DNA from: Actinomycetes bacterium
GTDB lineage: Bacteria; Actinomycetota; Acidimicrobiia; Acidimicrobiales; RAAP-2
Direction of reading: 5' to 3'
Assembly: GCA_021778895.1 (NCBI GenBank)
Contig: JAJYBR010000001.1
Span: 228,386 to 292,385, forward strand
Length of the DNA: 64,000 nt
Part shown: positions 44,120 to 54,983 of the stretch, one piece after another
How positions within the stretch are numbered: the first letter of the stretch is position 1
How the letters are laid out: each line of letters starts with the position of its first letter
The notes under the pieces: generated by a model
Database searches by the model: none
The model's input: the letters and a program-made list of their open reading frames with translations, nothing else
Told to the model about the DNA's origin: nothing
Program-made: the position numbers and the translations under genes

Positions 44120-44734
44120 GTGGGCCCCGTGCACGAGCATCGCGTTCAGAACTACCTGGTCCCCACCGTTGTCGAGTCGTCGAACCGCGGTGAGCGGGCC
44201 TACGACCTCTACAGCCGGCTGCTGCGCGAGCGCATCATCTTTCTGGGCACGCCGATCGACGACACCGTCGCCAACCTGGTGTGCGCCCAGATGCTCTTCT
44301 TGGAGTCCGAGGACCCCGAGAAGGACATCAGCCTCTACATCAACTCGCCCGGCGGTGACATCACCGGCCTGCTGGCGATCTACGACACGATGAAGTACAT
44401 CAAGCCGGACGTGTCGACGTTCTGCTTCGGCCAGGCCGCCTCGGCGGCCGCGGTGCTGCTCGCCGCTGGCGCGCGCGGCAAGCGCTACGCCCTGCCCCAC
44501 GCCCGGGTCCTGCTGCACCAGCCCTGGGGCGGTGTGGGCGGGCAGGCCTCCGACATCGAGATCCAGGCCCGGGAGATCTTGCGCATGAAGGACATGCTCA
44601 ACGAGATGCTGGCGGCCGACACCGGCCAGCCCATCGATCGCATCCTGCGCGACACGGACCGGGACTTCATCATCGGCGCGCCCGAGGCCGTCGAGTACGG
44701 CCTGATCGACGAGGTTATCTCCTCGCGTCTGTAG
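44120..44734 (+). CDS. clpP: ATP-dependent Clp protease proteolytic subunit
   Basis: [53 protein letters not shown] (catalytic Ser), LLHQPWGG. The start is GTG 44120 or GTG 44129. Confidence 0.93.
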   Translation: MGPVHEHRVQNYLVPTVVESSNRGERAYDLYSRLLRERIIFLGTPIDDTVANLVCAQMLFLESEDPEKDISLYINSPGGDITGLLAIYDTMKYIKPDVSTFCFGQAASAAAVLLAAGARGKRYALPHARVLLHQPWGGVGGQASDIEIQAREILRMKDMLNEMLAADTGQPIDRILRDTDRDFIIGAPEAVEYGLIDEVISSRL

Positions 44735-44797
44735 ATGCCCGCCTTGGCGGGCCGGGTCTTTTAGGATGGTTCCGGTCCGTCGGTTCGGAGGGATGCC

Positions 44798-46054
<1,257 letters not shown>

Positions 46055-46055
46055 G

Positions 46056-47384
46056 GTGCGCTTCGCCGACTACACCGAGGCGGTGGCGTGGCTGGAGGCG
46101 CACGTCGACTTCGAGCGCCTGACGCGTCCGCGGCGCGTGCCGCCGACGCTGCAGCCCGTCGTCGACACGCTCGCCTTCCTGGCCGATCCGCACCGCGACT
46201 ACGCAACGGTGCACGTCACGGGGACCAACGGCAAGGGGAGCACGACGACGCTGGTCGCGTCCTTGCTCTCCCAGACGGGACTGCGGGTGGGCCTGTTCAC
46301 CAGTCCCGACCTCCACGCGGTGAACGAGCGCATCGCGGTGAGCGGTCAGTACATCGAGGACGAGGATCTGATCTCGCTGCTGTCGCGACTGGCCGACGTC
46401 GAGCAGGTCACCGGCATCGTGCTCACGCGGTTCGAGATCCTGACCGTGGCGGCCCTGCTGCACTTCTCGGACGAGGGAGTCGACGTCGCCGTGATCGAGG
46501 TCGGGCTGGGCGGAACCTGGGACGCGACCAATGTCATCGATTCGACGGTCGCCGTCCTGACCAACGTGGACCTCGACCACACGCAGGTCCTGGGCCCCAC
46601 GATCAGCGATATCGCCCGCGACAAGGTGGGGATCTTTCGGGCAGCGGGACGCGCGATCGTGGGGACGACCAACGCGATCGTCGTGCCCATCGCCCGCCAA
46701 CGCCTGGCGGACCTCGGAGGCGAGGGCTGGTTCGTGGGCGAGGACTTCGACCTGGTGTCCAACGACTTGGCCGTCGGCGGCCGGCGCCTCACGATGCGCA
46801 CGCCCTTCGCCGAGTACCGCGACGTGGCCCTCAGCCTGCACGGGATCCACCAGGGAGCCAACGCGATGACCGCCGTCGTCGCGGCCGAGGCCTTCCTCGG
46901 TCGCGCCCTCGGCGACGACGTGGTGTCCGCCGCGCTGTCGACCGCGCGCATGCCCGGCCGCCTCGAGGTGGTGGGCTTCGAGCCGACGGTCCTCGTGGAC
47001 GGAGCCCACAACCCGGCCGGGATCAACGTCCTGGTGTCGAGCCTGGAGGACGCCTTCGAAGTTGAGGGGCGCCGCCACTGCGTCGTCGGCATGCTGCGCG
47101 GCCGCGACCTCGACGAGATGGTCGAGCCGCTCGTGCGCTACGGCTTCGACGAGTTCGTCTGCTGCGCGCCGGACTCCCCCCGGGCGGTTCCCGCCGCGGA
47201 GGTGGCCGCCGCCTTGTGGCGCCACGGCGTGCGCGCCGAGGTGGAGGCGAGCCCGGCGGCAGCTCTGGCCCGGGTCCGCGCGAGCGCGGGCGCCGACGAC
47301 CTGATCGTGGTGACCGGGAGCCTCTACGTCGTGGCCGAGGCCCGGGCCGAGGCTCTCGGCCTGGCCCCGCACCACCGCGCATAA
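46056..47384 (+). CDS. folC: Bifunctional folylpolyglutamate synthase / dihydrofolate synthase
   Basis: GTG 46056 lies 1 nt after the clpX stop, within ORF 45840..47384. VHVTGTNGKGSTTTLVASLL, FEILTVAALLHF, LEVGLGGTWDATNV, DGAHNPAG. Confidence 0.88.
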   Translation: MRFADYTEAVAWLEAHVDFERLTRPRRVPPTLQPVVDTLAFLADPHRDYATVHVTGTNGKGSTTTLVASLLSQTGLRVGLFTSPDLHAVNERIAVSGQYIEDEDLISLLSRLADVEQVTGIVLTRFEILTVAALLHFSDEGVDVAVIEVGLGGTWDATNVIDSTVAVLTNVDLDHTQVLGPTISDIARDKVGIFRAAGRAIVGTTNAIVVPIARQRLADLGGEGWFVGEDFDLVSNDLAVGGRRLTMRTPFAEYRDVALSLHGIHQGANAMTAVVAAEAFLGRALGDDVVSAALSTARMPGRLEVVGFEPTVLVDGAHNPAGINVLVSSLEDAFEVEGRRHCVVGMLRGRDLDEMVEPLVRYGFDEFVCCAPDSPRAVPAAEVAAALWRHGVRAEVEASPAAALARVRASAGADDLIVVTGSLYVVAEARAEALGLAPHHRA

Positions 47385-47416
47385 GTCGGCCGGGGCGACT
47401 GTTAGATTCGTCCCTC

Positions 47417-47824
47417 GTGGATCGGACCCTGGTCATCATCAAGCCCGACGCCGTCGAGCGCGGGCTCAGCGGCGAGATCGTGGCTCGGCTCGAGCGCAAG
47501 GGACTGCACCTGGTCGCCGCGCAGCTGCGCACCATCGACGCCGACACGGCAGCCCAGCACTACGCCGAGCACGTGGGACGTCCCTACTACGCGGCCTTGG
47601 TGGACTTCATCACGCGCGGCCCGTCGCTGGTGCTGGTGGTCGCCGGTGTGCCCGAGGTGTGGCGGGTGGTGCGATCTTTGATGGGGACGACGAACCCGCT
47701 CGAGGCGGCACCCGGCACGATTCGCGGAGACTTCGGGCTGATCACCCGGGAGAACTTGGTCCACGGCTCGGATTCGCCCGAGGCCGCCGAACGGGAGATC
47801 GCACTCTTCTTCCCCGCACTGTGA
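47417..47824 (+). CDS. ndk: Nucleoside-diphosphate kinase
   Basis: GTG 47417 within ORF 47216..47824. RTLVIIKPDAVERGLSGEI, PGTIRGDFG, NLVHGSDS (catalytic His). 135 aa. Confidence 0.93.
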   Translation: MDRTLVIIKPDAVERGLSGEIVARLERKGLHLVAAQLRTIDADTAAQHYAEHVGRPYYAALVDFITRGPSLVLVVAGVPEVWRVVRSLMGTTNPLEAAPGTIRGDFGLITRENLVHGSDSPEAAEREIALFFPAL

Positions 47825-47914
47825 CCCGCGTGCTGTGGCCGACCGCGCCGCGCGTGCCCTAGCCTGGTGGGGGTGAGCCTGCCTCGGGCGCGTCGATGTG
47901 GATAGAGGGTCGTC

Positions 47915-48946
47915 ATGGTAGATAGTCGCTTCACGATCCTGGGGCGGGACATGGCCGTCGACCTCGGGACCGCCAACACCCTGGTCTACGTGCGCGGTCG
48001 CGGGATCATCCTGAACGAGCCGTCCGTGGTCGCGGTGGACGTGAAGGACGGCAAACCCCTGGCCGTGGGCGCCGAGGCCAAGCGCATGATCGGGCGCACC
48101 CCGAGCAACATCCAGGCCATCCGCCCGCTCAAGGACGGGGTCATCGCCGACTTCGAGATCTGCGAGAAGATGCTGCGCTACTTCATCCATCGCGTGCACC
48201 AGCGTCGCTTCGCGAAGCCGCGCATGGTCATCTGCGTGCCCTCGGGCATCACCGGCGTCGAGCAGCGCGCCGTCATGGAGGCCGCGGAGTTCGCCGGTGC
48301 GCGCAAGGCGTACATCATCGAGGAGCCCATGGCCGCGGCCATCGGCGCGGGGCTGCCCGTCCACGAGCCGAGCGGCAACATGGTCGTCGACATCGGTGGC
48401 GGGACGACCGAGGTCGCCGTGATCTCGCTGGGCGGCATCGTGACGAGCCAGTCGATTCGCGTGGGTGGTGACGAGCTCGACGAGGCGATCGTGGCCTTCG
48501 TGAAGAAGGAGTTCCAGTTGGCCCTCGGCGAGCGCACGGCCGAGGAGATCAAGATCCAGCTCGGCTCGGCGTATCCGCTCGAGACCGAGCTGCGCGCCGA
48601 GATTCGCGGGCGCGACCTCGTGACGGGCCTCCCCAAGACCGTCGTCATCTCGACCGAGCAGATCCGCCAGGCCATCGAGGAGCCCGTCCAGGCGATCGTC
48701 GACGCCGTCAAGGTCACCCTGGACCGGACGCCGCCCGAGCTCGCAGCCGACCTGATGGAGCAGGGAATCGTCCTCACGGGTGGCGGCGCGCTCCTCAACG
48801 GAATCGCCCAGCGGCTCGAGGTCGAGACCAACATGCCCATCGTCATCGCTAACGACCCGCTCAACTGCGTGGCGCTGGGCAGTGGGATGTGCTTGGAGGA
48901 GCTCGAGACCTTCGCGCGGGTACTGAAGTCCAGCCCCGCTCGCTAA
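47915..48946 (+). CDS. mreB: Rod shape-determining protein MreB
   Basis: MAVDLGTANTLVYVRGRGIILNEPSVVAV, PLKDGVIADF, VVDIGGGTTEVAVISLGGIV, GIVLTGGGALL. Confidence 0.95.
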   Translation: MVDSRFTILGRDMAVDLGTANTLVYVRGRGIILNEPSVVAVDVKDGKPLAVGAEAKRMIGRTPSNIQAIRPLKDGVIADFEICEKMLRYFIHRVHQRRFAKPRMVICVPSGITGVEQRAVMEAAEFAGARKAYIIEEPMAAAIGAGLPVHEPSGNMVVDIGGGTTEVAVISLGGIVTSQSIRVGGDELDEAIVAFVKKEFQLALGERTAEEIKIQLGSAYPLETELRAEIRGRDLVTGLPKTVVISTEQIRQAIEEPVQAIVDAVKVTLDRTPPELAADLMEQGIVLTGGGALLNGIAQRLEVETNMPIVIANDPLNCVALGSGMCLEELETFARVLKSSPAR

Positions 48947-48949
48947 GCC

Positions 48950-49768
48950 GTGGCCAGCGACCGTTCCAAGCGGCGCGCCTGGACCCTCGGGGTCACGGCG
49001 CTGGTCGTGGTGACCGCCCTGTACCTCACGGTGGGCGTCATCTCCGGGCTACGCCGAGCGGCCAACCTCGTGGTGGCGCCCTTTGCCTGGACGGTCGACG
49101 AGGTGTCACTGCCCATCGGTCACCTGCTCGCCGGCGCCATCAACTACAGCGACGTCGTCGCGCAGAACGAGCGACTGCGCTACGAGCTCGGCCGCGCCCA
49201 GCAGCGGTCCGCGGAGACGTGGGCCCTGGAGCGTCAGCTGACCCAGCTGACCACCGAGCTGCACGTCCCGTTCGTCGGCAACCTGGCCACCGTGGCCGCC
49301 CAGGTGACGACGTTCTCCCCGTCGAACTTCGCGGCCACCTTCGACATCTCGAAGGGTCAGGACCAGGGCGTGCTCGTCGGCATGCCGGTCGTGGCCAACG
49401 GTGGCCTGGTGGGAGTGGTCGTGTCCACCACTCCGAGCGGCGCCACGGTCCGCATGATCAGCGACGGCAGCAGTGTCGTCGGGGTCACCTTCGGCAACGG
49501 GCACGGCTCGTTCGTGTTGGCCGGGACCGGCCTCGGCAACAGCCTCGTGACCAATAGCGCGGCCTTGGGCACACCGCCCCGGGCCGGCGAGCTGCTCTCG
49601 ACCGACGGCCTCAACGGAGGCCTCTTCCCGCCCGGCCTGCCGGTGGCGCGCGTGACCGCGGTCTCGGGCTCCACGGGCGCGGGCACGGTGAGCGTGCGCG
49701 CGCAGCCGGTCGCCGACCTCAGCCACCTGTTCTACGTGGACGTCGTGCTCTGGGAGCCCGCGACGTGA
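48950..49768 (+). CDS. mreC: Rod shape-determining protein MreC
   Basis: Position after mreB. It has an N-terminal TM, a coiled coil (NERLRYELGRAQQRS...LERQL), then GMPVVANGGLVGVVVSTTPSGATVRMISD, typical of the MreC beta-domain. Confidence 0.85.
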   Translation: MASDRSKRRAWTLGVTALVVVTALYLTVGVISGLRRAANLVVAPFAWTVDEVSLPIGHLLAGAINYSDVVAQNERLRYELGRAQQRSAETWALERQLTQLTTELHVPFVGNLATVAAQVTTFSPSNFAATFDISKGQDQGVLVGMPVVANGGLVGVVVSTTPSGATVRMISDGSSVVGVTFGNGHGSFVLAGTGLGNSLVTNSAALGTPPRAGELLSTDGLNGGLFPPGLPVARVTAVSGSTGAGTVSVRAQPVADLSHLFYVDVVLWEPAT

Positions 49769-50274
49769 GTCGGGCGGTGATCCCGCTGACCATCGTCACG
49801 CTGTTCGTGGTCGCCATCCAGCTGCAGTTGCTGTCGACCCTGCGCGCGGCGGGGGCCGTGATCATGCTGGTATGGCTCTGGCCCTTCGTGGTCGGCTTGA
49901 CGGGGGCCCTGGCCCCGGCCCTGTGGGTCGCGGCGCTGTCGGGACTGTTCTTCGACACGCGCAGCACGACGCCGTTCGGGCTGACGATCGTCGTGGCCGT
50001 GGTGCTGGCGTGGTTCGCGGCACGCCTCGGCCGTGAGGGCGTGGGGGACCTCGACTCGGCCGCCTGGTGGGTGCCCCCCGTGCTGGCGGGAGTGGCGGGG
50101 CTGCTCGCGCCCGCAGGCTACGTGGTCCTGGCCACGCTGGCCCAGGACCACGGACTGTGGCACGACCATCTCGTGGCGTCCATGGTTGTCAATGCCCTCG
50201 TGTTCGCCGTCGTGGCGCGGCCGCTGGCGCGTCTGGCCCGGCGGCTCACCCTCGGCGGACGAGGTCGGTCGTGA
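49765..50274 (+). CDS. mreD: Rod shape-determining protein MreD
   Basis: A 169-aa polytopic membrane protein between mreC and the PBP2 gene, overlapping both by 4 nt. Confidence 0.75.
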   Translation: MSRAVIPLTIVTLFVVAIQLQLLSTLRAAGAVIMLVWLWPFVVGLTGALAPALWVAALSGLFFDTRSTTPFGLTIVVAVVLAWFAARLGREGVGDLDSAAWWVPPVLAGVAGLLAPAGYVVLATLAQDHGLWHDHLVASMVVNALVFAVVARPLARLARRLTLGGRGRS

Positions 50275-52478
50275 AGAGGTCCTGGCGCGAGCGCCCGACC
50301 GGATCGGTCTTCTCGCGACTGTGGCGTCCCTGGGAGTCGCTCAACCCCTTCCGGCGCCGGGGGCGCGTCATCAACGCGCGTCGTCCGGTGGGGATCCGAA
50401 ACCTTGTCACGTCACCCGAGGAGATCGAGGCCCGTCCCGAGCGTCGCTGGCGCATCATCGGCGGGTTCTTCCTCATCCTCATGCTGATCCTGATCGGGCG
50501 GCTGTTCGCCCTCCAGGTTCTCGACGTGCGCACGGCGATCGCGACCGTGAATGCGAACTCGCTGCGCGTCAGTCCCATCCCGGCGCCGCGCGGCCTCATC
50601 GTGGCCCGGTCGGGACAGGCCCTCGTGGCCAACCGGGTCTCCACCGAGATCGAGCTCTCCCGGGCCGAGGCCGCGCTGGACCCGGCGATCAAGGGGTCCC
50701 TGGCGGCGCTGACCGGCGTGAGCGTGAAGTCGATCAACGCCGCGTTGAGCAATCCGGCCTACGACCCCTACCAGCCGGCACCGATCCTGCTCGACGCCCC
50801 GGCCCGCATCGTCGAGTACCTCAAGCTGCACAGCGGCGAGTTCCCCGGGATCAGCATCGTCAACGTGGCCACCCGGACCTATCCGGCCGGGGGCAACGTC
50901 GCCGCACCGGTGCTCGGCTACGTGGGACCCATCACCGGCGCCGAGATCGCCGCGCACCCCAACGAGGGTTACCAGACGACGTCGCAGATCGGCAAGACCG
51001 GCATCGAGGCCTTCTACGAGCAGTACCTGCGGGGCCGCGATGGCAAGCGCACCGTCGAGGTGGACGCCTACGGCAATGTCCTGGCCACCGCGCGCGTCAC
51101 GCCGCCGGTGGCGGGGGACACCGTGCAGCTGAACATCGACCTGCCCCTCCAAGAGGCCCTCCAGGGCTACCTGGCCAACCAGATCCTCACCGATCGCAAG
51201 ACCTACGACCCCGTGTCCCACCGCTACCCGCAGGCACCCAACGGGGCCGCCGTGGTGCTCGACCCCAACACCGGTGCGGTGCTGGCCATGGCCAGCTTCC
51301 CCTCCTACAACCTGAACTCGTTCACCCACGGCCTGAGCGAGAAGACCTACGCCAGCCTGGCGCGCATCGGCGCCTTCAACAACTACGCGATCCAGGGTCT
51401 TTACACGCCGGGCAGCACCTTCAAGCTCTTCACGGCGACCGCGATGATGCAGACGGGGATCTTCTCGCCCACGGCGACGGTCAACGACACCGGGATCTAC
51501 AAGGTGCCCGGTTGCCTCCAGGGGTACCACGGGTGCGTGTTCCACGACGCCGAGACCTACGGGAACGGTCTCGTGAGCCTGCCCCTGGCCCTGACGGTCT
51601 CCTCGGACTACTACTTCTACAACCTGGGGTACCTGTTCTGGGCCCACCAGCGCCGCTACGGGCAGACCGCCATCCAGAACGTGGCCCGCCAGTACGGGGC
51701 GGGCCAGTACACCAACATCGACCTGCCCAACGAGGTCAGTGGCCGCGTCGACTCACCGGCGGTGCGCAAGATCCTGCATCGCGAGGCGCCCAAGGCATTC
51801 CCGAACGTCTCGTGGTACACGGGTGACAACATCGAGATGGCGTTCGGCCAGGGGGCCACCGTCCTCACCCCGATCGAGCTGGCCGATGCCTACGCCACCT
51901 TCGCCAACGGCGGCACGCGCTACGCACCCGAGGTGGCCGCAGCCATCCGGACGCCGGGCGGCCGCGTCATCGTGCGCTACCGTCCGCGGGTCCTGGGGCA
52001 CGTGAACCTGCCGCCTCGCGTGCGCGACCCGATCCTCCAGGGTCTGATCGGGGTGATCGCCAACCCGCGCGGCACCGGCTACTACGCCTTCCAGCACGAC
52101 GCCACGTTCTCGATATCGCAGTACGTGCTGGCGGGCAAGACCGGGACGGCCTCGAATGCCCCGGGCCTCGAGCCGAACTCCCTGTTCGTGGCCTTCGGTC
52201 CGGTGGGCCATCCTCGCTACGTGGTGGCCTGCGTCATCGGGGAGGGCGGCTACGGGGCGAACGCCGCCGCACCCGTCGTGGCCAAGACTTTCAGCTTCCT
52301 GTTCGCCCATCCCGTGGGTGCCCTGTTCTCGGGCCGCCGCCTCCCCGGGACGGTCTCGACCACGACCACGGTGCCCTCCGCGTCCACCTCGACGACGACC
52401 ACCGTGCCTCCCTCGACGACCTCGACGACGACCACGGTGGCGCCTCCGACGACGACCAGCGGTGCTCATCCGGGTTGA
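50271..52478 (+). CDS. mrdA: Penicillin-binding protein 2 (elongasome transpeptidase)
   Basis: GTG 50271 overlaps the mreD stop (GTGA), within ORF 50067..52478. RGLIVARSGQALV, GKTGIEAFYEQYLRGRDG, PGSTFKLFTA (SxxK), SSD, GKTGTA (KTG). It ends in a Thr/Pro-rich C-terminal tail. Confidence 0.9.
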   Translation: MKRSWRERPTGSVFSRLWRPWESLNPFRRRGRVINARRPVGIRNLVTSPEEIEARPERRWRIIGGFFLILMLILIGRLFALQVLDVRTAIATVNANSLRVSPIPAPRGLIVARSGQALVANRVSTEIELSRAEAALDPAIKGSLAALTGVSVKSINAALSNPAYDPYQPAPILLDAPARIVEYLKLHSGEFPGISIVNVATRTYPAGGNVAAPVLGYVGPITGAEIAAHPNEGYQTTSQIGKTGIEAFYEQYLRGRDGKRTVEVDAYGNVLATARVTPPVAGDTVQLNIDLPLQEALQGYLANQILTDRKTYDPVSHRYPQAPNGAAVVLDPNTGAVLAMASFPSYNLNSFTHGLSEKTYASLARIGAFNNYAIQGLYTPGSTFKLFTATAMMQTGIFSPTATVNDTGIYKVPGCLQGYHGCVFHDAETYGNGLVSLPLALTVSSDYYFYNLGYLFWAHQRRYGQTAIQNVARQYGAGQYTNIDLPNEVSGRVDSPAVRKILHREAPKAFPNVSWYTGDNIEMAFGQGATVLTPIELADAYATFANGGTRYAPEVAAAIRTPGGRVIVRYRPRVLGHVNLPPRVRDPILQGLIGVIANPRGTGYYAFQHDATFSISQYVLAGKTGTASNAPGLEPNSLFVAFGPVGHPRYVVACVIGEGGYGANAAAPVVAKTFSFLFAHPVGALFSGRRLPGTVSTTTTVPSASTSTTTTVPPSTTSTTTTVAPPTTTSGAHPG
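52347..52475 (+). repeat. Thr/Pro-rich low-complexity coding tail of PBP2
   Basis: GTVSTTTTVPSASTSTTTTVPPSTTSTTTTVAPPTTTSGAHPG. The DNA shows reiterated acgacc/accacg triplets. Confidence 0.8.
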
Positions 52479-52726
52479 GCCACGGTGTAGCCTGGAGACG
52501 TGATGGCCGTGCACCCGCGCGGCCCTGACAGCGAGGCCGGGCGGCCCGAGCGGGGTTGATGTGGTGACATCCGAGACGAGGCAGTTCCTCGACGAAGGTA
52601 TGTGGACCGCAATTCTCCTGGTCACGCTGTCTTTCAGTCCCGAGGGCGCGACCGCGATCCCTCTTCGACGCCATAGGCGCGCGTCTCTCGATGCGCGCCT
52701 CACTGAGTACGCAAGGAGTGCCCGTC

Positions 52727-54304
52727 GTGAGCGACGAGAACAGTGCCAACGACCACCCAACCGGTCCCCGTATCGGGGACGTCCGTCCATCTCCCAAGAT
52801 TGGTGATACCCGGCCGAGCCCGTCGACAAGCCAGCTGAGTCCTGCTGCCTCGCCGGCGACCGCGCCGGGGAACGGGGGAGCGCGCCGTCGCCGCGGCGGG
52901 CGGGGTCGCGGAGGGCGCAGTTCGGGACAGCGGACGGCCGTCGGCGTCGAGGCCCCGGTGGAGGCCTCGGCTCCGCCGGCGTCGGACGGCGCGCCTTCCC
53001 GGTCGCGCCGCCGTCGCCGCGGGGGCGAGCGCCGCACCCGAGCGCAGGGGCGCTACCTGATGTGCGTGCACGCGACGCCGCTCGCCACGCACATCGCCAC
53101 CCTCGAGGGCCGCACGATGGTCGAGTACGTGGTTGCCAAGGCGGCCGACGAGACGAACCAGATCGACGGCAACATCTACGTCGGTCGGATCCAGAACGTC
53201 TTGCCGGGCATGGAGCTCGCGTTCGTCGACATCGGCATCCCCAAGAACGCGGTCCTCTACCGCAACGACGTCACTCCCGACGACGACGTCGAGGGCACGC
53301 CGGCGACCAAGCGCATCGAGGAGATGCTGCGCGCTGGACAGACGATCGTGTGCCAGGTGACCAAGAACGCCATCGGAGCCAAGGGTGCACGGTTGACCCA
53401 GGAGGTCTCCCTGCCGGGCCGCTTCGTCGTGCTCGTGCCGAACTCGACGACCGTGGGGATCTCCAAGCGCCTCCCCGACGGCGAGCGCCGCCGCCTGCGC
53501 AAGATCGTCGACGACGTCAAGCCCGCGCACCATGGCGTGATCATCCGCACTGCGGCCGAAGGCGTCTCGGCCGAGGACCTCTCGCGCGACGTGGCCTCGC
53601 TGGCCGAGAAGTGGGCGGCCATCGAGGCCGAGGTGGCACGCTCCAACCAGCCACGACTCGTCTACCGCGACCTGGACCTCGCGGTTCGGGTCCTGCGCGA
53701 GGAGTTGAACGACGACTACCGCGGCGTGCTGATCGACGATGCCGAGCTCTTCACCAAGGTGCGCGAGTACGTCGCGGCGGTCAACCCGGAGCTGACGGAC
53801 CGCATCGAGTACTACGACCCGGCGAGCGAGAGCCTGCCCCTGTTCGAGCGCTACTTCGTCCACGAGCAGCTGCACCGGGCCCTGGATCGCAAGGTGTTCC
53901 TGCCCTCGGGCGGGTCGCTGATCATCGAGCGGACCGAGGCGCTGACGGTGATCGACGTCAACACCGGCAAGAACGTCGGCAAGAGCAACCTGGAAGAGAC
54001 GGTCTTCCGGAACAATCTGGAGGCGGCCGAGGAGGTCGCACGGCAGCTGCGCCTGCGCGACATCGGCGGGATCATCGTCATCGACTTCATCGACATGGAG
54101 ACCAAGGCGAACCGCGAGGCGGTGGCCTCGGCGCTGCGCCAGGCCCTCTCGCGGGACAAGACGCGCACCCAGGTCTTCGACATCTCCGAGCTGGGACTGG
54201 TCGAAATGACCCGCAAGCGCATCAACGAGGGGCTGCTGGAGTCGGTCTCGACGGTGTGCACCGTGTGCGACGGTCGCGGCTTCGTGATCGCGACGGGACT
54301 ATGA
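52727..54304 (+). CDS. rne: Ribonuclease E/G family endoribonuclease
   Basis: GTG 52727 lies 8 nt after AAGGAG, within ORF 52691..54304. The N-terminal segment is Arg-rich. The S1 domain is GNIYVGRIQNVLPGMELAFVDIG. The catalytic core has LTVIDVNTGK and GGIIVIDFIDM. Its position before rplU-rpmA matches other actinobacteria. Confidence 0.88.
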   Translation: MSDENSANDHPTGPRIGDVRPSPKIGDTRPSPSTSQLSPAASPATAPGNGGARRRRGGRGRGGRSSGQRTAVGVEAPVEASAPPASDGAPSRSRRRRRGGERRTRAQGRYLMCVHATPLATHIATLEGRTMVEYVVAKAADETNQIDGNIYVGRIQNVLPGMELAFVDIGIPKNAVLYRNDVTPDDDVEGTPATKRIEEMLRAGQTIVCQVTKNAIGAKGARLTQEVSLPGRFVVLVPNSTTVGISKRLPDGERRRLRKIVDDVKPAHHGVIIRTAAEGVSAEDLSRDVASLAEKWAAIEAEVARSNQPRLVYRDLDLAVRVLREELNDDYRGVLIDDAELFTKVREYVAAVNPELTDRIEYYDPASESLPLFERYFVHEQLHRALDRKVFLPSGGSLIIERTEALTVIDVNTGKNVGKSNLEETVFRNNLEAAEEVARQLRLRDIGGIIVIDFIDMETKANREAVASALRQALSRDKTRTQVFDISELGLVEMTRKRINEGLLESVSTVCTVCDGRGFVIATGL

Positions 54305-54341
54305 CCGCGGCCCCGGTCCCGTCGGCTAGGATGGTGACCCT

Positions 54342-54653
54342 ATGTATGCCGTGATTCGTGTGGGGACGTCCCAAGAGCGCGTGACCGAAGGACAGGTGGT
54401 TCGCGTCGATCTGCGCCAGGAGCCGGTGGGCGAGCAGATCACCTTCGAGCCCGTCCTCATCGTCGATGGCGAGACCGTGCTGGCGGGGCCCGCATTGAGC
54501 GGGGCGACCGTCACCGGCACCGTGGTGGGCGCCGAGAAGGGCCCCAAGATCCGAGGCCTCACCTACAAGCCGAAGGCCAACCAGCGCCGGCACTGGGGTC
54601 ATCGTCAGAAGTACTCGACAGTCGAGATCACGGCGATCGCGACCCCGGCCTAA
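54342..54653 (+). CDS. rplU: 50S ribosomal protein L21
   Basis: [17 protein letters not shown]...[28 protein letters not shown]. 103 aa. Confidence 0.95.
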   Translation: MYAVIRVGTSQERVTEGQVVRVDLRQEPVGEQITFEPVLIVDGETVLAGPALSGATVTGTVVGAEKGPKIRGLTYKPKANQRRHWGHRQKYSTVEITAIATPA

Positions 54654-54661
54654 GGAGAATC

Positions 54662-54910
54662 ATGTCCAAGACCAAAGGCGGCGGCTCAACGCGAAACGGG
54701 CGCGACTCGAAGGCGCAGCGGCTGGGGGTCAAGACGTTCGATGGCACCGCGGTGACCTCGGGCAGCATCCTGGTTCGCCAGCGCGGGACGCAGTTCCACC
54801 CGGGTACCAACGTGGGCATCGGTCGCGACGACACGCTGTTCGCGCTGGTGGACGGCACCGTGCACTTCGCATTCCGCCAGGGACGCAAGCGCGTCGACGT
54901 CCTGGCGTAG
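54662..54910 (+). CDS. rpmA: 50S ribosomal protein L27
   Basis: [22 protein letters not shown]...[28 protein letters not shown]. 82 aa. AGGAG precedes the ATG. Confidence 0.95.
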   Translation: MSKTKGGGSTRNGRDSKAQRLGVKTFDGTAVTSGSILVRQRGTQFHPGTNVGIGRDDTLFALVDGTVHFAFRQGRKRVDVLA

Positions 54911-54930
54911 CCCTGGCGCGCACGTCGCGC

Positions 54931-54976
54931 AGAACGCAAAAGGCCCCCGGCTTGCGCCGGGGGCCTTTTGCGTTCT
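54931..54976. terminator. Bidirectional intrinsic terminator between rpmA (+) and hup (-)
   Basis: AGAACGCAAAAGGCCCCCGG-cttgcg-CCGGGGGCCTTTTGCGTTCT forms a 20-bp perfect stem. A TTTTG run sits on the plus-strand side and its complement on the minus side. Confidence 0.85.
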
Positions 54977-54983
54977 CGTTGGC

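Noticed and set aside
52347-52475. Reiterated acg/acc triplet DNA, considered as a CRISPR-like or VNTR array.
   Set aside because: It lies in frame inside the PBP2 gene and encodes a Thr/Pro linker. The units are imperfect triplets rather than repeat-spacer units, and no cas genes occur in the window.
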